A model generated the notes under the pieces. That model did no database searches. It was not told where the DNA came from and worked only from the letters and a program-made list of their open reading frames with translations. Positions 7,042 through 14,266 of a stretch of DNA of 23,218 nucleotides are shown piece after piece (the first letter of the stretch is position 1; every line of letters starts with the position of its first letter). The stretch is from Candidatus Sericytochromatia bacterium (GTDB lineage Bacteria; Cyanobacteriota; Sericytochromatia; S15B-MN24; UBA4093): NCBI GenBank assembly GCA_036676495.1, contig JAKFCT010000043.1, forward strand, positions 1-23,218, read 5' to 3'. The position numbers and the translations under genes are program-made.

Positions 7042-8460
7042 ATGACCCCGCGGATCCTTCTCGCCCTGGCGGCATCCTCTCTGATGTCCGGGGCCTTTGC
7101 GGTGTTGCCGCTTTGCGAACCCGCCGTGGCCGCGCCCACGCAGGCCAAGCTGCGCATCGGCGTCATCGCGGCCGAGAGCTCCTACCGGGAGGATGCCCAG
7201 ACCGCCTACGACGAGCTGGCCGCCGAGATCGCCCGGCTCGGGCGCTTCATCGTCGTCGAGCGGCAAGACCTCGACAAGGTGATTCAAGAACACCGCCTCA
7301 ACCTGGCGGGGCTGACCTCGGAGGAGGGAAAGCAACTCTCCGGGCTCGAGGGCGTCGACACGCTGCTCATCTACACATTCAACAACAAGAACATGACCTC
7401 GGCGCTGGTGGAATCCAGCAAGGGGAACTACTACGACTACACCGCCACCTACTCGGGCACGGTCAAGTTCGTCGACACCCGGAAAGGCATCATCCTCGAC
7501 GCCTTCCCGGTCTCGGGGCGCGGCACCTCCCGCCACACGCAAGAAGCCTGGACCACGGCGCGCGACACCTTCATCGACAGCGTGATTCTCGGGGTGCGCG
7601 AGGCGTTCGCGCTCGAAGGCCGCATCGTGAGCCGGCAGTTCCGGCACGTGACCATCAACCAGGGCGACGAGCACGGCATCCGGAACGGCTACGTCTTCGC
7701 CGCGTATCGCCACGGCAACCCGGTGATCGATCCGGATACCGGGGATGTGCTGGGAACCGAGAAGGAAGAGACCGGCAAGATCCACATCTTCCAGGTCGAG
7801 CGCCGGTTCTCGCGAGGCTACATCCTCGAGGGCTTCTACCGGGTCGGGAACCGGGACAACCTCAAGGAAGTCCCCGCGAGCCCGATCTCCGACTTCCGGA
7901 TCATGCCGTACCTGGAATTGGTCCCCGTGAAGAGCACCTCGGGCCAAGGCTACGCTCCGATGACCAACTTCTCGCTCGGCTTTCAAGGGCTCCTCCCGGC
8001 GACGGGCGTCACGAGCGGACTGGATCTCGGACTCGCGGTCGGGAACGTGACTCCGGCGGTCAGTGGGGGGACGCTCTTCGGGAAGCTCCATGCCGAGTAC
8101 GAACTGATCCCCGAGGTGCTGGGGCTGTACGGGCTGGTGGGCTTGCACCTCGGCGGGATGTTTCAAACGCTCAAGAACCCCGTGACCCTGGGCGACGGCA
8201 AGTCGTCGGATCTCGTCACGGCCACGTTGCTCCAGCCCGAGGCGGGACTTGGCGCCAGGCTCCGGCTCTTCGGCCCGCTCTCCCTGTTCTGCGAAGGCAA
8301 GTACCGGCTACCCTCGACCCTGAACAACTGGACGACGTCCTCGAACTCCGAGGGCTCCAAGACGAGCTACTCCTACACCGCCAAGGCAGGGGAGATTCGG
8401 GACCACGAGCTCACGTTCGGGGGAGTCTCGCTGGTCGCCGGCCTCGGCTTCGTCTTTTGA
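7042..8460 (+). CDS. Secreted CsgG/HfaB-like + FlgT-C-terminal-like + outer-membrane beta-barrel-like fusion protein (alternative start 6979)
   Basis: Signal peptide ending AVAA. CsgG-type RFIVVERQDLDKVIQEHRL. FlgT-C-type VTINQGDEHGIRNG...VIDPDTGDVLG...GKIHIFQV. Amphipathic beta-strands ending GLGFVF (terminal-Phe BAM-type signal). Confidence 0.75.
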   Translation: MTPRILLALAASSLMSGAFAVLPLCEPAVAAPTQAKLRIGVIAAESSYREDAQTAYDELAAEIARLGRFIVVERQDLDKVIQEHRLNLAGLTSEEGKQLSGLEGVDTLLIYTFNNKNMTSALVESSKGNYYDYTATYSGTVKFVDTRKGIILDAFPVSGRGTSRHTQEAWTTARDTFIDSVILGVREAFALEGRIVSRQFRHVTINQGDEHGIRNGYVFAAYRHGNPVIDPDTGDVLGTEKEETGKIHIFQVERRFSRGYILEGFYRVGNRDNLKEVPASPISDFRIMPYLELVPVKSTSGQGYAPMTNFSLGFQGLLPATGVTSGLDLGLAVGNVTPAVSGGTLFGKLHAEYELIPEVLGLYGLVGLHLGGMFQTLKNPVTLGDGKSSDLVTATLLQPEAGLGARLRLFGPLSLFCEGKYRLPSTLNNWTTSSNSEGSKTSYSYTAKAGEIRDHELTFGGVSLVAGLGFVF

Positions 8461-8488
8461 GCGCCTCATCCGCCGTCGGGAGCCCTGA

Positions 8489-9121
8489 ATGAACACAAGT
8501 AGGTTGATGATCCGAACCCTTCCGATCCTCGCGAGCGCGCTGGGACTGGCCGTGACAGTCGGCTGCGCCCGGAGCCTCGAGGTGATCGAGCGCTCCGGAG
8601 AGGTGCCGGCCTGGGTGCAGAGCAGTCGGGAGACCACCCTCGTAACGCGGAACGGGAAGCCCGTGCTGCTCATGCGCGCCATGCGGGATCGCGCCCGCGA
8701 TCTCAGCCTCGCCAAGCGCGAGGCGCGTTACGAGCTGGCGAAGGCCATCGCCACGCAGGTCGACGAGGAGGTCGAGACGCTCTTCCAGAGCGTGCAGGAA
8801 AGTTCCGGGAACTCGATCGACCAGCCCGAGACGGCCCGATCGCTGATCCGGGACGCCGTGAGGGCCCAGGCCTCCACGCGCCTCACCTCGCTGGTCGTCG
8901 AGGAGGTCTACTGGGAGCGACGGCTCTACCGGAGCGCCGCCGGCGAGGAGGAGGGCTACCGGGTCTACGTCCTGGGCAGCATCCCCGAGGCGACCCTCAA
9001 GGAGTTGAAGGCCACGGGCTATCGCAAGGCCCAGGAAGCGGCCCGCGCCAGCGGTGATCGAGCGGCAGAGCGCCTCCTCGACGAGCAGCTGATGCAATTG
9101 CAGAGCAAGACCTCGCCATGA
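8489..9121 (+). CDS. LPP20-like lipoprotein
   Basis: Lipobox TVGC, a VPAWV motif and AKREARYELAKAIATQV typical of LPP20/FlgP-like domains. ATGA overlap with the next gene. Confidence 0.7.
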   Translation: MNTSRLMIRTLPILASALGLAVTVGCARSLEVIERSGEVPAWVQSSRETTLVTRNGKPVLLMRAMRDRARDLSLAKREARYELAKAIATQVDEEVETLFQSVQESSGNSIDQPETARSLIRDAVRAQASTRLTSLVVEEVYWERRLYRSAAGEEEGYRVYVLGSIPEATLKELKATGYRKAQEAARASGDRAAERLLDEQLMQLQSKTSP

Positions 9122-10695
9122 AGCACGACTGGCTAAAAGGAATCCTGCTGGCAGCCCTGCTGCTGGCAGCCCCCATGGGACCCGCCGCGGCGGCCGAGCG
9201 TCCGGACTGGATCGATCGGCTTCCCAGCGATTCCCGCTACCTCTACATCTCGGCGATCTCCGCGCCCCAGGACAACGAGCGCAAGGCTCGCGAGGAGGCC
9301 TACCAGGCCGCCATCCAGAAGTTCATCGACTCCCTGGGCATCGTCGTGAGCACGCACTTCAAGAGCGAGCGAACCCACGCAGGCGCCACGACCACGGACA
9401 CCCTGGAGGTCACCTCGGAGCTGGCTCGTTTGCGCGGGCTCGAGCTGGTGAGCACGTACACCGCGCCGCGAGGCGCTCAGGTCACCGTCTATGCCTTGGT
9501 GCGCATCGAGCGGCAAGCCTTCGAGGCGGAGCGCCGCCGTATCCAGCAAGCAGCAGACTCCCGCCTGGGCTTGAGCGAGGCCGCAGATCACCTGGCCACG
9601 GGCTTCGTGGGGTTCCTGGAGGCCTCACGCGTACCCGCAGGCGGCATCTCGCTCGCCACGTTGGATCGCGCCACCCGGAACAGCACGGATCCGGTCGATC
9701 GTGCGGTCGGGAAGGCGCTGCTGACGGCGCTTTCGCGGAAGGCGGCAAGCAAGACGACCCTGACCCTGGACGATCGTCCGCTGTCGCTGCGGAGCAGCCT
9801 CCAGCAGACCCCATCCGGCGATCGCCTGGTCTCGCTCCTCCTCTTCCAGGACCGGCAGGTGCTCTGGGCCTCCACGGAGGTCGTGATCGACGGCGTGCAG
9901 CTGCCCGCCTCGGAAGCCCCCCGCGCGTCTCAGGACTCCCGTGCGGCGGCGTCTCAAGCGCAAAGCCGGACCCGGGTGGGGGTGCTCATTCCGGAGGAGC
10001 ATCTCCGCCGGCGGGTGCCCGATCCGGCCGGCGAGACGGAAGTGATCCGGTTGCTCGCCGAGGCGGGCTATCAGGTCGTGGACGTCCGCCACCTGCTGGC
10101 GCTGCAAGACCGCGAGCGGGGGAAGGTGAGCAAGCTGACGTCCCCGGCGGAGCTGACCCGCCTCGGTGCGGAGCTGCACGTGGACGTGCTGATCCTTGGC
10201 GAAGCCTTCTCCGAGGAGACGGAGCCCCTCTTCAAGGGGGTCGTGACCAGCCGTGCGCGGCTCGAGGCCCGAGCCATCCGCTGCGCGACCGGCGAGATCC
10301 TGGCGACCCAGGGCTTCGAGGCGGGAGCCTCCGATCTCTCCGGAGCGACCAGCGGCAAGAAGGCGCTGCGGCAAGCGGGGCATCTGACCGGCCAGTACCT
10401 CGTGACGGCCCTGGGCGATCGCCTTCGCCAGGAAGCGCGCGCCGGCAAGCGCGTCGAGGTGATCCTGACCGGTGTGAGCTACCCCGTCTTCCGCCAGTGG
10501 CTCCAAGAGCTCGAGTCCCGCTTCGACAGCCCAGGCGCCGTTCAGGAGCTGCCCTACGTGGATGGCGTCGGAAAGCTGGTCGTGCGGATGGCGAACCCCG
10601 ACGAGGACTCCGGGCAGATCCTCGAGCTGCTCACCCGTAACCGCTTCACCGTCATCGAAAAGCGTGACGCCAGACTGATCCTGAGGGCTCCCTAG
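9118..10695 (+). CDS. Secreted multidomain protein: LPP20-like N-terminus plus a FlgT-middle/CsgG-like domain
   Basis: Signal peptide ending AAAA; RPDWI...AREEAYQAA (LPP20-like); RVGVLIPEEH...PDPAGETEVIRLLAEAGYQVVD...DVLILGEA...ARAIRCATGEILA. Confidence 0.7.
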   Translation: MKHDWLKGILLAALLLAAPMGPAAAAERPDWIDRLPSDSRYLYISAISAPQDNERKAREEAYQAAIQKFIDSLGIVVSTHFKSERTHAGATTTDTLEVTSELARLRGLELVSTYTAPRGAQVTVYALVRIERQAFEAERRRIQQAADSRLGLSEAADHLATGFVGFLEASRVPAGGISLATLDRATRNSTDPVDRAVGKALLTALSRKAASKTTLTLDDRPLSLRSSLQQTPSGDRLVSLLLFQDRQVLWASTEVVIDGVQLPASEAPRASQDSRAAASQAQSRTRVGVLIPEEHLRRRVPDPAGETEVIRLLAEAGYQVVDVRHLLALQDRERGKVSKLTSPAELTRLGAELHVDVLILGEAFSEETEPLFKGVVTSRARLEARAIRCATGEILATQGFEAGASDLSGATSGKKALRQAGHLTGQYLVTALGDRLRQEARAGKRVEVILTGVSYPVFRQWLQELESRFDSPGAVQELPYVDGVGKLVVRMANPDEDSGQILELLTRNRFTVIEKRDARLILRAP

Positions 10696-10722
10696 CGAGC
10701 GCAGGCGAGAAAGGAGGCTTTC

Positions 10723-11556
10723 GTGAAACGACCCCTCATCCTCTTGGCGCTGATGGCGTCCATGCTGACTGCCGGCTGTCTGCCCAGTAGCAGCTTCTTC
10801 ACGGCGGCGCCTACCTCGGGAAACCCGGCGTTCATCACGTTCGAGGTCGAGGGGGACGTCACTCCGGAGCCCAAGACGACCCTCGTCTCGGGCCAGAGCT
10901 ACACCTTCGTCCGCCGGATCCCTTACAACGCGCGCATCTCGGACGGCTTCACCGGGGGGGTCCACGGCGTCTTGCTCGTGGATGGCAAGCAGGCTGGCGA
11001 CGGCAGCACGAAGATCGGGGACGACATCCTCGTCAGCAAGGGTGCGAAGGGGGAGTACGAGGTCACGATGAAGTGGACCGTCCCCTATGGCACCAAGACG
11101 CTGACCTTCAAGACCTGGGCCCAGTCCAAGGAAGGCCGGATCGAGGGCGAGAAGGCCGTCGATTACAGCGTCAGCACGTCGCATGAGCGGAAGTACCCGA
11201 CGTTCGACGAGGACGCCATGAGCCCGAGCACCTCGACGTTGAAGCGCGGGCAAGCGGTGACGTTCAAGCAAACGATCACCTACCAGGCCGCCCATGCCTG
11301 GGGGTTCACGGGCCAGTACCAGGTGAGCGTCTACCTGGACGACACGCTGCTGGGGACCCTCGAGGCCGCGGACGGGATCGCGCTGGAAGCCGCCGGGGAG
11401 GGCTCGCTCAGCTATCAGTTCGCCTACAACGTGCCCAGTAGCGGAACGACGCTGCGCCTGGAGAGCCGGATCACCCCCACCGGCGCTTCGGCACAGGTGG
11501 CCGGAGCCCCGGCCACCTATCTGGAGGAAAGCCATACGTACTGGCTCAGCGACTAA
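10723..11556 (+). CDS. Hypothetical beta-rich lipoprotein (possibly two Ig-like domains)
   Basis: RBS AAGGAGG, GTG start, lipobox TAGC, Thr/Ser/Tyr-rich alternating beta-strand pattern. Confidence 0.8.
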   Translation: MKRPLILLALMASMLTAGCLPSSSFFTAAPTSGNPAFITFEVEGDVTPEPKTTLVSGQSYTFVRRIPYNARISDGFTGGVHGVLLVDGKQAGDGSTKIGDDILVSKGAKGEYEVTMKWTVPYGTKTLTFKTWAQSKEGRIEGEKAVDYSVSTSHERKYPTFDEDAMSPSTSTLKRGQAVTFKQTITYQAAHAWGFTGQYQVSVYLDDTLLGTLEAADGIALEAAGEGSLSYQFAYNVPSSGTTLRLESRITPTGASAQVAGAPATYLEESHTYWLSD

Positions 11557-11574
11557 GCGGGACGGAGTCCGCGG

Positions 11575-11600
11575 GCCCTCCTCGGCACGAGGAGGGCTTT
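11575..11600. terminator. Terminator between convergent genes
   Basis: GCCCTCCTCG-gca-CGAGGAGGGC followed by TTT. Confidence 0.7.
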
Positions 11601-11628
11601 CCGCGCCGCTTCTGAGCCGCCAGGCGAC

Positions 11629-12639
11629 TTAGAGCGGGCCGGTGCCGATGCGCGGCACGAGGTTCGGCAGGCGCACCAAGACGGCTCCGTCGTTGGAAAG
11701 CGTGCTGTTGCCCGCGGCCAGTTGCTGGCGGTAGCCCTCCAGGGCGAAATCCAGGTGGGTGGTGCCGTCCCGGCTCACGACCTGGTAGTAGGCGTCCTTC
11801 ATGAGCATCTTCCCGATCAGCAGATCATGGCCCACGCCCAGGACGTAGCAGGGAGCCTGCGGATCGATCAGGGGCGGCGGCGGATCGAGGTCATGGTCGG
11901 ATTCGTAAACGAGCACCAGCTCGCCGCGCTCGAGGCGAACCTCGGTCGGGCGTCCTTCGGAGCGCGGCTCCGGGAGGATGGCGATCGAGTCGATGTAGAT
12001 CCGGTTGTCCCGGACGGTCATGCCGGCGGCCCCTTCCACGCTGGACGGCATGAGGGTCTCGAGGTTCATGTTGAGGAGGCCCAGGAGGCCGCCGAGGCCG
12101 ATCTCGGCGGCGCGGAGGCGCTCGACGTGGAGCACGATCCGGCCGTCCTCGATGGGAAGCAGCTGGCATTCGAGGACGATCGGGATGGGGAGGTTGAGGC
12201 GCCAGCGGAGCTTGGCGTGGAGGAAGAGGCGATCGCCCGAGAACGAAACCCGCGCGTCGTAAAGCGGCAAGTCGGACTTGTGAAGGACGTGGCGGTTGAG
12301 GAGGGCCTCCAGGCTGGCCGCCGGCAGGCGAATGACGCCCTGGTGGATGACGATCGAATAGGAGTCCTTGCGATCCGGCATCAAGGGGTAGCCCGAGTCA
12401 TGGACGCGCATGTCGGCGACCATGTCCCGGATCTTGAGCACGACGGCGTCATCGTAGTAGAGGTGGAGGTTCTTGGCCCAGATCCGGCTGCGGCCCTCGG
12501 GGAGCGCGGCGAGCTCCTTCTCGGCCGGTGAGGGCGGGTGTCCCAGGAACAGCGTCTGATAGAAGGCTTTGGCGAACGCGGAGAGTTCGCGCGCCTTGCG
12601 CTGCAACGGGATCCGGATGGGCTTGGGCAAGTTTCGCAC
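11629..12639 (-). CDS. Hypothetical protein, possibly a DUF2993/LmeA-like tubular lipid-binding fold
   Basis: 336-aa ORF with coding-like codon bias. The pattern GVIRLPAASLEALLNR, followed by long strands and EVRLERGELVL, recalls DUF2993-like proteins. An extended -10 TGGTATACT lies upstream. Confidence 0.7.
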   Translation of the reverse strand: MRNLPKPIRIPLQRKARELSAFAKAFYQTLFLGHPPSPAEKELAALPEGRSRIWAKNLHLYYDDAVVLKIRDMVADMRVHDSGYPLMPDRKDSYSIVIHQGVIRLPAASLEALLNRHVLHKSDLPLYDARVSFSGDRLFLHAKLRWRLNLPIPIVLECQLLPIEDGRIVLHVERLRAAEIGLGGLLGLLNMNLETLMPSSVEGAAGMTVRDNRIYIDSIAILPEPRSEGRPTEVRLERGELVLVYESDHDLDPPPPLIDPQAPCYVLGVGHDLLIGKMLMKDAYYQVVSRDGTTHLDFALEGYRQQLAAGNSTLSNDGAVLVRLPNLVPRIGTGPL

Positions 12640-12728
12640 CTTTCGAACGGAAATTTGCCCCCAGTATACCAGAAACCCTCGGCCTCACCGGAATCCGGGC
12701 GGGGCCGAGGGCGAGAGCGCGCCTGGGC

Positions 12729-13178
12729 TCAGGCGCCGCGGCCTGCCGCGTGAGGCAGGTTCTGCGTGGCGATCTCGCGCAGCAGCAGGATGCAGCAATC
12801 GGAAAGGAACTCGATCAACCAGGCGAGACGGCCCTTGCCCAGCACGAAGGTCTCGTTGCCGGGGTGGCAATTGGCGAGTTGCCAGAGGTAGTCCTCGGCG
12901 TGGCTGAGGTGATCGACCAGGACGGCCTTGGGGAAGAGCGGCTGGGCGACGCGGATCATGATCCGCCCCAGGGCATGCTCGGGGGAGACCACCATCTCCG
13001 CCCGCAAGCGCTGGCAGGCATGGGCGGCTTCCAGGAGCAGGTCGCGATCGGAGCGATCGAGCGTGCCTCCCCGGTTGGAGATCCGGCTGAGGACGGTGAC
13101 GGCCTCCGAGAAGCTGAGGCTCAACTGATAGGTCGCAAGCGGTTCGGACGGGTTGGTCGGGTTCAGAGCCGGGTTCAT
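12729..13178 (-). CDS. Hypothetical protein (149 aa)
   Basis: RBS AAGGGGG before ATG 13178; helical composition; fills the gap between neighbours. Confidence 0.65.
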   Translation of the reverse strand: MNPALNPTNPSEPLATYQLSLSFSEAVTVLSRISNRGGTLDRSDRDLLLEAAHACQRLRAEMVVSPEHALGRIMIRVAQPLFPKAVLVDHLSHAEDYLWQLANCHPGNETFVLGKGRLAWLIEFLSDCCILLLREIATQNLPHAAGRGA

Positions 13179-13384
13179 GAGAGCCCCCTTCCGGGTGACA
13201 ACGTGGCGACGAATGGGAGTAGACACGGCCGCGAGCCGTTGCAATGTTGCCAGGGATCGTTGTTTACAACTATACCACAGTTGCCCGCTTTGCTAGCATG
13301 GAGAGCGACGCCCGAAACCCGTCGATACGCCGCCGAACAAACATGCAAAGCCGCCCGCGCGCCGCGCCGGCGCTGGAGGAAGCA

Positions 13385-14104
13385 ATGCTCAACGCGTGGT
13401 TGGTACCGCCCCGAGGCCACGAGCCGGAAGACATCGATCAACCGGACACCCCCGACGAGGTGCTCCGGGAGGCGATGCGGGGCATCCGCAACCTGAACCG
13501 GTGGCTCGGCTACCATCGCTACCTGCAAGCCCAGCTCTCGCGGCGGCTGGCGCGGGGTTTCCGCGGCTCGCTCAACGTGCTGGACGTGGCCACGGGCCTC
13601 GCGGACCTGCCGGTGGCGCTGGCCCATTGGGGGCGGCGGCGCCACATCAGCGTCCAGGCCGTGGGCCTGGACCTGAACCCGCGCATCCTGGCCATGGCCC
13701 GCGAGGAGACGCGGAACGTGCCGGAGGTCGAGCTGGTGGAAGGGGACGCGCTGGCGATGCCCTTCCCCGACGGCGCCTTCGACGTGGTCACCAGCCACCT
13801 GGCGCTGCATCACTTCCCCGAGGATCGGATCGTCGCGCTGCTTCAAAGCATGGATCGGGTGCTCCGGCCGGGCGGGATCATGCTGGTGGGAGATCTGGTG
13901 CGCAGCCGTCCCAACCGCGTCCTGGTGGAGGCCGCTTGCGCGCTCTTCGGATCGCCGGCCACCCTCAAGGACGGGAAGGCTTCCATCCGCAATGCCTACT
14001 CCCGCGCGGAACTGGCAGGTTTCGTCCGGGACTCCGGGCTGGATTACCTGGAGTTCGCGCGCCCCAGCTACCCCACCCAGGTCCTGCTGGCGGGGAAGAA
14101 GTAG
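13385..14104 (+). CDS. Class I SAM-dependent methyltransferase
   Basis: Motif I VLDVATGLAD, GLDLN, GDALAMPFPDGAFDVV, LALHHF. RBS GGAGGA before ATG 13385. Confidence 0.92.
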   Translation: MLNAWLVPPRGHEPEDIDQPDTPDEVLREAMRGIRNLNRWLGYHRYLQAQLSRRLARGFRGSLNVLDVATGLADLPVALAHWGRRRHISVQAVGLDLNPRILAMAREETRNVPEVELVEGDALAMPFPDGAFDVVTSHLALHHFPEDRIVALLQSMDRVLRPGGIMLVGDLVRSRPNRVLVEAACALFGSPATLKDGKASIRNAYSRAELAGFVRDSGLDYLEFARPSYPTQVLLAGKK

Positions 14105-14170
14105 GGAGCACTGGCAGAGACGCCCGCGCCACTCGCAGGGATGCTCGCACCTGAGAAGCTTGAGCCCGTG

Positions 14171-14199
14171 GGGCGGGCCTCCGCGCCCGCCCTGGTTTT
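14171..14199 (+). terminator. Putative terminator after the methyltransferase
   Basis: GGGCGGGC-ctccgc-GCCCGCCC followed by TGGTTTT. Confidence 0.55.
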
Positions 14200-14227
14200 G
14201 ACAGGCCGACGCGGCCGTGGCTATCAT
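14198..14227 (+). promoter_or_regulatory. Sigma70 promoter of the M16 peptidase
   Basis: TTGACA-18 nt-TATCAT. Confidence 0.65.
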
Positions 14228-14266
14228 GAAGGGTCCCGTTCGCCGTACCGCGCCGATGAGGTGAGC

